Assembly (NCBI RefSeq): GCF_009914755.1
Contig: NC_060941.1
Source of the DNA: the human T2T-CHM13v2.0 reference genome, Homo sapiens
Direction: 5' to 3' (one strand)
DNA length: 64,000 bases
Position 1 is the stretch's first letter. Each line of letters starts with the position of its first letter. A model generated the notes under the pieces. That model was not told the DNA's origin and ran no database searches. It worked only from the letters and a program-made list of their open reading frames with translations. Below, piece after piece: positions 1 to 19,466 of this stretch. The position numbers and the translations under genes were made by a program.

Positions 1-201
1 GTGCCATGTTGGTTTGCTGCACCCATCAGCTCGTCATTTACACTAGGTATTTCTCCTAATGCTATCCCTCCCCCAGCCCCCCACCCCTTGACAGGCCCCG
101 GTGTGTGATGTTCCCCACCCTGTGTCCAAGTGTTCTCATTGTTCGATTCCTACCTATGAGTGAGAACATTCGGTGTTTGGTTTTCTGTCCTTGTGATAGT
201 T
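1..201 (-). mobile_element. L1PA-type LINE-1 3' UTR fragment
   Basis: Matches recalled L1PA 3' end (CCTAATGCTATCCCTCCCCCAGCCCCCCACCCC...GTGAGAACA...TTTGGTTTTCTG). Confidence 0.85.
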
Positions 202-209
202 TCATCAGA

Positions 210-858
<649 letters not shown>

Positions 859-1776
859 CCCACTTACCTTCCCATCAAGAACACTCAACGATGTCCCTTT
901 CCCTACACTCTCGCCAGTATTGGATATTTTCACACTCTATTTTCTTTTCAATCTGATAGAAGAAAATAATATCTTATAATTTTCAGAATTTGCATTCCTT
1001 TATTTGCCATTTTAGTTTTTTTCCTGTGAACTATCCATTTGCCCATTTTGCCATTGAGCTTTTAATCTATCTTACTGAGTTCCTCCGAGTGCTTTGTAAA
1101 TTAAGAAAATAAGCTCTCTGTCAAATTGCCTGCAACATTTCCTTCATAGCTTGTCATTTTTTAAAAAACTTTCAAAGGTGTTTTCACCCAGTGATGTTTC
1201 ATCTTTTTTCTGAGGTCAGATTTCTCAATCATTTGCTTTATAAAGTTTGAGTTTTCCTTAGGATGCTCCATTTCAAGAGTCTAATAAATTCACCCATTAT
1301 TCTAAAACTTTTGTAAATTTCATTTTATATTTTCAGTTTATTCTAAAACTTGCAGTTTTCAGTTTATTCTAAAACTTTTAAATAGTCTAAGACTTTAGAA
1401 AGATTTCAGTTTATTCTAAAACTTGTGTAGTTTCTTCGTATTTAAATCTTTGATCCATTTGAAACTATTTTGGCTTACAGAGTGCGGTATGAACAGAACT
1501 TGAGTTTGTATAAGACTTAGCCAGCTGTCTCTACATCACTGATTGAGTAACCCCTCGTGTCCCATGCATAGTCCTAGGCGCCACTGTGCTGGATCAGAAG
1601 CGAAGGGAGAAGGTTAAGTGACTCACTCAGTATTTGACCACAACACTGCTTAGCTCAAAAGTCCACCTTGCTGCCCCCTTTTAGTTAAAATGAGCCTGTT
1701 AGTGAGACCCTTGATTTTTTTAGCTTTTTTTATTTTTAGTTTTTCTGGGTCATAGTAGGTGTATATATTTATGAGG

Positions 1777-4558
1777 TGCCTCGGGAGCATTCTGGACCAT
1801 CACAGACGCTTTGGGTAACTCTTACATTGGAGGGTAAGCCCATCCCCTTCTTAATCAATACGGAGGCTACCCACTCCACATTACCTTCTTTTCGAGGGCC
1901 TGTTTCCCTTGCCTCCATAACTGTTGTGGCTATTGACGACCAGGCTTCTAAACCTCTTAAAGCTCCCCAACTCTGGTGCCAACTTGGACAACATTCTTTT
2001 ATGCACTCCTTTTTAGTTATCCCCACCTGCCCAGTTCCCTTATTAGGTGAGGCATTTTAACTAAATTGTCTGCTTCCCTGACTATTCCTGGGCTATAGCC
2101 ACACCTCATTGCTGCCCTTTTCCCCAGTTTAAATCCTCCTTCGCATCATCCCCTTGTGTCTCCCTACCTTAATCCACAAGTATAGGACACCTCTACTCCC
2201 TCCTTGGTGACCGATCATGCACCCCTTACCATTCCATTAAAACCTAATCACCCTTACCCCGCTCAACACCAGTATCCCATCCCACAGCACACTTTAAAAG
2301 GATTAAAGCCTGTTATCACTGGCCTGCTACAGCATGGCCTTCTAAAGCCTATAAACTCTCCTTGCAATTCCTCCATTTTACCTGTCCAAAACCCGGAAAA
2401 GTCTTACAGGTTAGTTCAGGATCTGCACCTTATCAACCAAATTGTCTTGCCTATCCACACCGTGATGCCAAACCCATATACTCTCCTATCCTCAATACCT
2501 CCCTCCACAACCCATTATTCTGTTCTAGATAAATGTAGCTGACCCCATAGATCCTAAATCCTTTCCCCACTCCTCTTTCCATTCCTTAAAAAACTCATCC
2601 CAACCCTTTTCATTACACACAGCTGAAGTACAGGACTGTGTGGTCGGAATTCTTACACAAGAGCTGGAACCACGCCCTGTAGTCTTTCTGTCCAAACAAC
2701 TTGACCTTACTGTTTTAGCCTAGCCCTCATGTCTGCGTGCAGCGGCTGCCACTGCTTTAATATTTTAGAGGCCCTCAAAATCACAAACTATGCTCAACTC
2801 ACTCCGTACAGTTCTCATAACTTCCAAAATCTATTTTCTTCCTCCCACCTGATGCATATACTTTCTGCCCTCCGGCTCCTTTGGCTATACTCACTCTTTG
2901 TTGAGTCTCCCACAGTTACCATTGTTCCTGGCCCAGACTTCAATCCAGCCTCCCACATTATTCTGGATACCACACCTGACCCCCATGACTCTATCTCTCT
3001 GATCCACCTGACATTTATTCCATTTCCCCATCTTTCCTTCTTTCCTATTCCTCACCCTGATCACACTTGGTTTATTGATGGCAGTTCCACCAGGCCTAAT
3101 CACCACTCATCAGCAAAGGCAGGCTATGCTATAGTATCTTCCACATCTATCATTGAGGCTACTGCTCTGCCCTGCTCCACTCCCTCTCAGCAAGGCGAAC
3201 TCATTGCCTTAACTCAGGCCCTCACTCTTGCAAAGGGACTACGCGTCAATATTTATACTGACTCTAAATATGCCTTCCATATCCTGCACCACCATGCTGT
3301 TACATGGGCAGAAAGAAATTTCCTCACTACACAAGAGTCCTCCATTATTAATGTGTCCTTAATAAAACCTCTTCTTAAAGCTGCTTTACTTTCAAAGGAA
3401 GCTGGAGTCATTCGCTGCAAGGGCCATCAAAAGGCATCAGATCCCATTGCTCAGGGCAACTCTTATGCTGATAAGGTAGCTAAAGAGGCAGCTAGTTTTC
3501 CAACTTCTGTCCCTGATGGCCAGTTTTTCTCCTCATTGGTCACTCCTATTTACTGTCCCACTGAAGTTTCCACCTATCAATCCCTCTCCACTCAAGGCAG
3601 ATGGTTTTTAGACAAAAAAAAAATCTCCTTCAAGCCTCACTAGCCCATTCTATTCCTGTCGTCATTTCATAACCTCTTCCATGTAGGTTACAAGCCATTA
3701 GCCCGCCTCTTAAAAACTCTCATTTCCTTTCCATTGTGAAAATCTATCCCCAATCCACCACTCTTGACTCCCTCTTGGAGTGGGTAGATGATCTTTGCTG
3801 ACAGGACACACTCCAATACTCTCACCCTTATGAAGTCCTGTTCTTTACTTTTATACTCACTCTTATTCTTGTTCCCGTTCTTATGCCACCCTCTCTACCT
3901 CTTCGCAGCTATCTCCACCACACTATCAATCTCACTCACTCTCTCCTAGCTGTTTCTAATCCTTCTTTAACAAACAATTGCTGGCTTTACATTTCTCTTT
4001 CCTCCAAAATCAATGAGGCCCCGACTTACTCACTGCTAAAAAAAGGGGGACTCTGTATATTTTTAAATGAACAGTGTTGTTTTTACCTAAATCAGTCTGG
4101 CCTGGTATATGACAACATAAAAAAACTCAAGGATAGAGCCCAAAAACTCACTAACCAAGCAAATAATTGCGTTGATCCCCCTTGGACACTGTCTAATTGG
4201 ATGTCCTGGGTACTCCCAATTCTTAGTTCTTTAATACCTATTTTTCTCCTTCTTTTATTCGGACCTTGTGTCTTCCATTTAGCTTCTCAATTCATACAAA
4301 ACACATACAGTCCATCACCAATCATTCTGTGCAACAAATCCTACTTCTAACAACCCCACAATATCACCCCTTACCCCAAAATCTTTCTTCAGTTTAATCT
4401 CTCCCACTCTAGGTTCCCATGCTGCCCCTAATCCCACTCTAAGCATCCCTGAGAAACATCGCCCATTATCTCTCCATACTACCCCCCAAAATTTTCGCCA
4501 CCCCAACACTTCACCACTATTTTGTTTTGTTTTTCTTATTAATATAAGAAGACAGGAA
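1777..4558 (+). mobile_element. HERV-H internal region (pro, pol fragments, env remnant), 5'-truncated and defective
   Basis: ORFs give protease-like FLINTEATHS, RT N-terminus (QYPIP...SYRLVQDL...PNPYTLLS), RNase H (WFIDGSS, ELIAL, IYTDSKY, GNSYAD) and env TM CX6CC (LCIFLNEQCCF). Stops and deletions present. Polypurine tract at 4546-4558. Confidence 0.92.
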
Positions 4559-4945
4559 TGTCAGGCCTCTGAGCCCAAGCTAAGCCATCATGTCCCCTGT
4601 GACCTGCACATATACATCCAGATGGCCTGAAGCAACTGAAGATCCACAAAAGAAGTGAAAATAGCCTTAACTGATGACATTCCACCATTGTGATTTGTTC
4701 CTGCCCCACCCTAACTGATACGCTATATTCTCCCCTGCCCTTAAGAAGGTACTTTGTAATATTCTCCCCGCCCTTGAGAATGTACTTTTTATGCCTATCC
4801 CAAACCTGTAAGAACTAATGATAATCCCACCACCCTTTGCTGACTCATTTTTTGGACTCAGCCTGCCTGCATCCAGATGAAATAAACAACCTTGTTGCTC
4901 ACACAAAGCCTGTTTGGTGGTCTCTTCACATGGACGTGTGTGACA
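4559..4945 (+). mobile_element. LTR7-family 3' LTR of HERV-H
   Basis: Starts TGTCAGGCCTCTGAGCCCAAGCTAAGCC right after the PPT, has AATAAA at 4881-4886 and ends ...GTGTGACA. Confidence 0.93.
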
Positions 4946-10625
<5,680 letters not shown>

Positions 10626-11615
10626 GCCCTGTGGCCTGAGTCACATTTCAGCTGAAGTCCCAGGCTGCTGCCAACACCTCCATGGCCTGGCAGTCTTCCA
10701 CTGGAGTTCAAGTTACACTGCTCACCAGAGAATCACACGCATTCAGTGTGTGGACTCCATCCTCACAATCAGATGCTCAGTGTCCAAAATGCTGGGTAAG
10801 AAACATCCTGAAGAACACAAATCTGAGATACAGCCTCTTCCAGGCCTGCTCCAAGGCTCCAGACCAATGCATGAAGCACAGCCTGAGTCCACGTGCCTGA
10901 GGGAACAGACCTCCAAAGCCTACATTGGGAGCTTCCACCTGGCAAGGAAGGTGTGCTAAGGGCAGAGCTTCCGGCCTCCCTGTTATCTCAAATGTGGACC
11001 TATCACTGGGGCCCTAGTACTGGGCCCAATACTTGCCTCCACCCTTTGTCAATGCGAACATCCTTCCTCCTGGGGACAGAGATTTAGAGGTTGACTTCAG
11101 AAAAAGCCACTCTCTATAGATATTTTGAAGCAGCAAGTCCCCCCAGCTTCAAATTTTGTGCTGGCTGAGGCAGCCCAGCCTGGTTGGTGACTAGAATGGC
11201 CTGAACTGGGAGTCATGGAAACTGACTCAGAGTCATGGAAAGTTGGGGCTGAAAGGGGAAGAAGAGGTCATGCACCATCCGTCTTGCAGCTATAAAAACT
11301 AAGGTTTAGGTTGGTGAGGGGGTGTACCCGAAGGATGACTCAAAGGGTACTTCACGGGTAAAGGAACTCAGCTCAAATAAGGTGACTCAAGTCTATTTAC
11401 AGCCTTGTCCAGTGTGGACTCAAGAATAGCCTGGCCTACCACCCTGAGCTGTCAGGGAGGACAGATGAGATGGACATTGTGAAAATGGGGTACTGCCAGC
11501 CTTTAAAATGCGGCGAGTGCACAAGTCACGCAGTGCTGTTATCAACTCATGATATAAGTTCCTCTTCCCTCCCCCGACTGCCTGTGTTGAGTCTCAAATT
11601 CATCCCACTGCAGGG

Positions 11616-11632
11616 AGGTCAGAAAAAGTTCA
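11616..11632 (+). promoter_or_regulatory. Consensus DR5 nuclear-receptor element (RARE-type)
   Basis: AGGTCA gaaaa AGTTCA is a perfect RGKTCA-n5-RGKTCA match. Function untested. Confidence 0.5.
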
Positions 11633-12209
11633 GAACTTCTTTCTGACCTCCCTCTTGTGGGATTTAATGAGGACATGAAGTGGTGACATTGAGGTGGGAG
11701 TTAAGGAGAATGTGCTGGGCTTGGGGCCCAGCAGATGGACATATGTTACCTGTGCCCCTGGGGATGATTCTACCTTCTAAAATGGGCCATGGAAACCTGG
11801 TTTCATGTGGTTGGGTCAATCCCCCCAGTGCTTCTGAGGTTGATGAGTTAAACGATGCAAAGGCCATGGTTGGGAGATCTCCTCTTGGGATACGACTTTG
11901 GTGAATTTACCTGGGTCTGGTCCTCATTCCTGCAAATCTAGAACCCGACCACCATCCAGACAAGAAGAGAGACTGAGACCCTACAATAACTCAAGTGATT
12001 TATTTTGGGGACACTCCTTTCCAGGAAGCTGAATGCTTGTGACCCTCATCTGTTTTTCTGATTTCAGCTGCCTGGGAGGTTGCCTGAGCAGGCAGGAGGC
12101 AGCTCATGGGCATGGACTTGAACTGATGCCTCGAATGGCCTGCCTGGCCTTTGTCTTTCTTTATGTTCCATTACCAAATATTCTGCTCCTGGAATCACAG
12201 CCTTTGTTT

Positions 12210-12240
<31 letters not shown>

Positions 12241-12494
12241 TTATTTTAAATGTTTTATAGAGATGGGGGGTCTTGCCAGTACAGGCTGGTCTCAAATTCC
12301 TGGGCTCAAGCAAACATCCTGCCTCAGCCTCCCAAAATGCTGGGATTACACAACAATGCCCTAAAATAAGACTTTCAGGTGAAGCTTATGCATGTCTTTC
12401 CTGCTTGGTGAGTAGGGTATGATTAGAGTTGGATTTTTCCATCCCATATTCACTCTACAGAATCAATTTAGTGTTCTGCTTATCTATGGGACAT

Positions 12495-13599
12495 TGATGT
12501 CATGTGATGGGTGATGTCATGTGATGGGTGATGTCATGTGATGGGTGATGTCATGTGATGTGTGATGTCATGTGATGGGTGATGTCATGTGATGCATGAT
12601 GTCATGTGATGGGTGATGTCATGTGATGGGTGATGCCATGTGATGGGTTATGTCATGTGATGGGTGATGCCATGTGACAGGTGGTCATGTGACAAGGTGA
12701 TCCTGTGATGAGTGGTCATGTGATGGGTGATGTCATGTGATGGGTGATGGGATGGGCGATGTCATGTGATGGGTGATCATGTGACAGGTGATGTCATGTG
12801 ATGGGTGGTCATGTGATGGGTGATATGTAATGGGTGATGTCATGTGGGGGTGGTCATGTGATAGGTGATGTCATGTGATCGACGATCATGTGATGGGTGA
12901 TGTCATGTGATGGGTGATGTCATGTGATGGGTGATCATGTGACAAGTGATCATGTGATGGGTGATGTCATATCATGGGTGATGTCATGTGACAGGTGATC
13001 ATGTGACAGGTGATCATGTGATGGGTGATGTCATGTGATGGGTGATGCCATGTGACATGTGGTCATGTGACAGGTGATGTCATGTGATGGGTGATCATGT
13101 GATGAGTGATGTCATGTGATGGGTGATGTCATGTGATAGGTGATCATGTGATGAGTGATGTCATGTGACAGGGATGTCATGTGATGGGTGATCATGTGAT
13201 GGGTGCTGTCATGTAATGGGTGGTCATGTGATGGGTGATGTCATGTGATGGGTGATGTGATGGGCAATCATGTGATGGGTGATGTGATGGTGATCATGTG
13301 ACAGGTGATGTCATGTGATGGGTGGTCATGTGATGGGTGATATCATGTAATGGGTGATGTCATGCGGGGGTGGTCATGTGATAGGTGATGTCATGTGATG
13401 GGTGATCATGTGATGGGTGATGTCACGTGATGGGTGATATCACATGATGGGCGACATCACGTGATGGGCGATCATATGATGGGTGATGTCATGTGATGGG
13501 CAATATCACGTGATGGGCGACATCACGTGATGGGCAATCATGTGATGGGTGATGTCACATCATGGGTGATCATGTGATGGGTGATTGATGTCATATGAT
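12495..13599. repeat. Minisatellite/VNTR with 17-bp (GATGGGTGATGTCATGT) and 15-bp variant units
   Basis: Directly visible tandem array of ~1.1 kb, degenerating towards its 3' end. Confidence 0.97.
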
Positions 13600-14355
13600 T
13601 CCAGGGGGAGCACCTGTTCACCAAGCAGGGGAGAGGCTGTGAGTTCTCTGCCACGCTGGTAACACAATCTCTACTGGGGCTTCCTAGTGCTGACTGCTGC
13701 AGGTGGCTCATCATAGCACACCAAGGGCCACCACAGGGACACATTACCAAAGGAAACCCCAGAAGACACAAAACATCCCCTTCTTCCTCCATAAACTTGG
13801 GAGCCAGATGTTGGGTGACATCGTTCACCATCTCTGGCTGCTCTGGCCTTGCTGGAACCCCCTGTTTTCTCTTTCTCCTCTTGCATCATGATAAATGGCC
13901 GATCATTAATGGATGAAAAGTGGTGTCTCTGACACAAAGGCTCAACGAGGCGTCTCTGTCAAAGGGTCACACTAGATTCTATATCCACACACAGGAGACC
14001 TCTGGACTGGGGACCCTGAGCAGTGCCTTGGAGAATTCTGCAGCTTCCTGCTCTCAGGCCTGTGGCCCCATCTCTCCTTGATTGATGCCCCCAAGGATGC
14101 CCTGAGGTTAGAACACTCCCTCCGTGGGTGTGTTCTTGAGGCCACCCAAAGTGGGGAGCTGTGTCTGAGACTCCACTTACGGCCAGAATACTCAAAGGCG
14201 TTATCTCCCAGGTAAAATGGTGGACCAGAAACTACCTGCTTGTGAGTAAGTAAGGAAGGAGAGCCAAGGTAAAGCCATTAGCATTTGCAGACCAGTTGTT
14301 CCCTGACAAACATAGATTTAGAACAGAAATTGGCAGCTAAATAAAGTTTAGTACT

Positions 14356-14907
14356 TGTATTACTCAGGGTTCTCTAGAGGGACAGAACTAATAGGAGATA
14401 TATATATATATATGAAGGGGAGTTTATTAGGAAAATGAACTCACACAATCACAAGGTAAAGTCCCACAATAGGCTGTTTGCAAGCTGAGGAGCCAGGAAG
14501 CCAGTCCAAGTACCAAAACCTCAAAGGTACGGAAGCTGACAGAGCAACCTTCAGTCTGTAGCTGAAAGCCCAAGAGCCCCTGGCAAATCACTGGTGTAAG
14601 TCCAAGAGTCCAGAAGCTGAAGAACTTGGAGTCCGATGTTCAAGGGCAGGAAGCATTTACCATGGGAGAAAGGTGGAGGCTGGAAGACTTAGCCAATCTA
14701 GTCTTTCATGTTCTTCTGCCTACTTTTATTCTGGCCACACTGGCAGCTGATTGGATGGTGCCCACCCGGATTGAGGGTGGGTCTGCCTTTCCCATTCCAC
14801 TGACTCAAACGTTAATCTCCTTTGACAATACCCTCACAGACACACCCAGGAACAATACTTTGCATCCTTCAATCTGATCAAGTTGACATTCAGTATTAAC
14901 CATCAAA
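14356..14907. mobile_element. MLT2 (ERVL) solo LTR
   Basis: TGTATT...CAGGGTTCTCTAGAGGGACAGAACTAATAGGA through ...CAGTATTAACCATCA, flanked by a 5-bp TSD GTACT (14351-14355 and 14908-14912). Confidence 0.88.
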
Positions 14908-17129
14908 GTACTTTTTTTTTTTTTGGCCAGTGGTACAGTTGCCTGGGTTAGTACTGAGACAAAAGGATGATGGTGGGGGATGCTGGCTTGCACAGGACTT
15001 CAGCTGTGAGGAGCCTGTGTCCTCGCGGAGGCTTCTGTTTGCAGAAAGAAAGTTGCCATGGCCCTGGAGGAGATGGAGCTGAGAAGCTGAGGAGGGGGAG
15101 AAAGGGTCAAGTTCCTGATGCTGCAGCCCACAGAGACCCCTCCAACCTGCCTCAGGAGAGGGTGTGAGGGCAGGAGCTTGTTGTGTTCACAAAGATGGAG
15201 GCACAGTGGTCTAGAAAGACCCAGGAGGAGGCTCAGAATGGAGCGGGGTCCAGCAAGACTTCTGCAACAGGCGTTTTTGTCTCCTCCTACCCAACTCCAC
15301 TCCAGGATGGAGCCATCACCAGGTCTGGCCATCCACCCTTCCAAATGTGAATCAGGGGAGGATAGTCCCAGCTGGAAGCTGGTCCCAATCACCTTGTCAG
15401 TAATTAAGCTAGGGGTGGTCACCAGAGTCTGAAGCAGCCAATGAGACATTGAGGGGATGTGATGGGGGTGGGGACTCTGGGAAACTTCTGGGATCAGTGG
15501 TCTGGTTTTCTTCCTCAGAAGTCCTTGTGTCTGGTGTCTGGGCTGATCTCTCTCTGCTGCCTACTTCAGAGATCTCTCTCTGCTGCCTTAGGATGAAGAC
15601 AGTTCTGAGGCCATGACCACAGAGCAAGAAGGAACTTGTATCAACCAATTCCAAGGACACCACCAAGGCCAAACAAACAAACCAAAAGCCCCAAATCAGC
15701 AATTAACAGTGAAACAAGAGAGGAAGCAGTGGCTGCCATGATCAGTGGCTGACCTTACAGAGAGGCTAGTATTTAGGGGATGAACTGCAGGGCTTGGGGG
15801 AGCAATAGGCTTAGACCACCCAAAATGGGCGCTGTGTCTGAGACTCCACTTAACGATCAGAATACTCAAAGGCACTACCTCCCAGATAAAATCTTGGACT
15901 AGAAACTACCTACTTGCGAGTAAGGGAAATGATTTTTTAAAAAAATAGTAATAATTGAAAAACTGGAAATTCATATGCAAAAGAATGACACTGGAGCCTT
16001 CCCTAATAACATAGACAAAAATTAACTCAAATGGATCAAAGACCTAAATGTAGGATCTAAAACCATAAAACTCTTAGAAGAAAACACAAGGCAAAAGTTT
16101 CACAGCATTGGATTTGCCAGTGATTTCATAGACATGATGCTGAGGGGACAGGCAACAACAACAACAACACAGACAAATGGAACTTCATGAAAATTTAAAT
16201 TATGTGTTTTTGACTCATATCTTTTTTTTTTTAAGAGATGGGGGTTTTGCTATGCTGCCCAGGCTGAAATGCAGTGGCTATTTACTGGCATGATCATGGC
16301 GCACCACAGCCTCAAACTCCTGAGTCCAAGTGATCCTCTCACCTCTGCCTCCTGAGTAGCCAGGATTACAGGTGCAAACCACCATGTCTGGCTAAAATTT
16401 CAAAATTTGTGCACCAAATGACAATATCAACAGAGTAAAAAGGCAACTCACACAATGGGATAAAATATTTGCAAATTACATATCTGATAAGGAATTATAT
16501 CCCAAATATAGACAGAACTCCTAAAACAATAAAAAAAAAAAAGGCCCGATTAAATGGGCAAAGGACTTGACATTTCTCCAGAAGAAATCTACAAATAGCC
16601 AATAAATACATGAAAAGATGCTCAACACCACTCATTATCAGGAAAATGCAAATCAAAACCACAATGGGATATCACTTCACACCTGTTAGAATAGCCATTG
16701 TGTGTGTGTATATATGTGTGTATAAAAACATGTATAAAACAACAGAAACAACAAATGCTGGTGAGAATGTGTATATATATATGTATAGAAACAACATGTA
16801 TAAAACAACAGAAAACAACAAATGCTGGTGAGAATGTGGAGACACTAGAACCCTTGTGCACTATTGGTGGGGAGGTAAAATGGTGTAGCTGCTATTATGG
16901 GAAATAGTATTGAGGTTACTCAAAAAATTAAAAATAGAACTATCATATGATCCAGAAGTCCCACTTCTGGGTATTTATCCAGAAAAACTGAAAACAGGAT
17001 TGCAAAGTGCTATCTGCATGCCTATGTTCATTGGAAGCAGCATTATTCACAATAACCAAGAGATGGAAACAGCCTAAACGTCCATCAATGGATGAATGGA
17101 TAAAGAAAGTGTGATATGTACATACAATG

Positions 17130-17497
17130 TGATGCGGTTTGGCTCTGTGTCCCCACCCAAATCTCATCGTGTAGCTCCCATAATTCCCACATGTTGTAGG
17201 AGGGACCTGGTGGGAGATGACTGAATCATGAGGGCAGGGCTTCCCCGTGCTGTTCTGGTGGTAGTGAATGGGTCTCATGAGATCTGATGGTTTTATAAAC
17301 GGGAGTCTCCCTGCAGAAGCTCTCTCTCTTTGCCTGCTGCCATCCATGTAAGATGTGACTTGCTCCTCCTTGCCTTCCACCATGATTGTAAGGCCTCCCC
17401 AGCCATGTGGAACTGTAAGTCCAATAAACCTCTTTCTTTTGTAAATTGCCCAGTCTTGGGTATGTGTTTATCGGCAGTGTGAAAACAGGCTAATACA
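17130..17497 (+). mobile_element. THE1 (MaLR) solo LTR
   Basis: TGATGCGGTTTGGCTCTGTGTCCCCACCCAAATCTC...GCTAATACA with a 5-bp TSD CAATG on both sides. Confidence 0.92.
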
Positions 17498-18045
17498 CAA
17501 TGGAATAATATTTTAGTGGGGGATGAGAACAAAATATTTTATAGTGTGCTTGAAAGTAGGCTGAGAACACAGTTTTTTCTTCTATTTATTTTCTTTTAAA
17601 AATTATTACTATTTTTAATTGACACATAATCAGACATTTATGGGGCACATTGTGATATTTTGATACATGTATATAATGTGTAATGATCAAATAAGGGTAA
17701 TCAGCATATCCATCACCTCACTTTTGTGTTGGAAACATTCAAAATCTACTCTTCTAGCTATTTGAAAATATACAATAAGTTGTTGACAATTATAGACATC
17801 CCCTAGTGCTATAGCACACGAGGATTTATTCTGCCTATGCAGCTGTACTTTTGTATCTGTTAACAAATCTCTGGCTATCCCCTAACCCCCAACACACTGC
17901 CCCACCTCTAATAACCACTGTTCTATTCTCTATGTCTTGAGATCAACTTGAGAACATGCAGTATTTCTCTTTCTGGGCCTGACTTATTTCATTCACATAA
18001 CGTCCTCCAAGCTCATCCATGTTGCCACAAATGATAGAATTTTGT

Positions 18046-18337
<292 letters not shown>

Positions 18338-19011
18338 TCGAATTTTGTTCTTTCTTACATCTAAACAGTATTCCATTATGTATATGTGCCACGTATTCTT
18401 TATCTTACAATGGAATATAATTTTATTCAGCCTTAACAAAGAAGGAAATCCTGCCGTATTCAACAACATGGATGCATCTTGAGGACATTATGCTAACTAA
18501 AATAAGACAGTCACAGGTTAAAGGCTGCATGGTTCTGGTTACATGAGGTAACTAAACTAGTCACACTCATAGAAGCAAAAAGTAAAATAGTGGCAGCCGG
18601 GGGCTGGTGGAGGAGTGGGAGGGAGAGTTGCTACTCAATGGGCATGATTTAGTCATGCAAGGTGAGAAAGTTCTAGAACTCTGCTGTACAACAATGTGCA
18701 TATAATTAATCATATTTTACCACACACCTAAGAGTTTGTTAAGAGGGCAGATTTCATGTTAGGTGTTTTTTGTTTGTTCATTTTTTACCACAATTTTTAA
18801 AAAGGGGAAGAAGAAGGAACCCATGTCTGCCTCTCTGGTGAGGGCCCTTCCCGCTGCTATCTCTTTACTGCCCCTAGCCAGCTGCCCTCGGCTCTGAACT
18901 TCCTCTGTGGCTATGCAGTTGTTCAGAAGTAAAGGCCTGTGGGAAGGGCCTCATGGGGAAGGAAAAGCTGTGCTTTTTTCTTAAAAGAGCAAGATCCACA
19001 CCTGCCCACTA

Positions 19012-19322
<311 letters not shown>

Positions 19323-19466
19323 TAACTTTTGGTTCCATTAAGTGTGAAAATCAGCATATGCCGAATCCTCATGGTCTGTGGCTATTTAAGGGCATGACGG
19401 CTTTGGCTCCAAGCTCCCAATGGAAACATATTTGCTGGAAAATGCAATGCCAGCACTAGTGACTCA

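Noticed and set aside
1297-1424. Four copies of TTATTCTAAAACTT
   Set aside because: Local slippage duplications in an AT-rich old repeat; no functional hint.
3883-4350. 155-aa env-like ORF as a candidate syncytin-like gene
   Set aside because: Most of SU and the fusion/immunosuppressive region are deleted, as is common in HERV-H, and there is no 5' LTR promoter.
12495-13599. CRISPR-like or coding interpretation of the array
   Set aside because: Eukaryotic context; contiguous units with no unique spacers; an ordinary minisatellite structure.
16700-16838. ~65-bp tandem duplication
   Set aside because: Inside a degenerate L1; ordinary.
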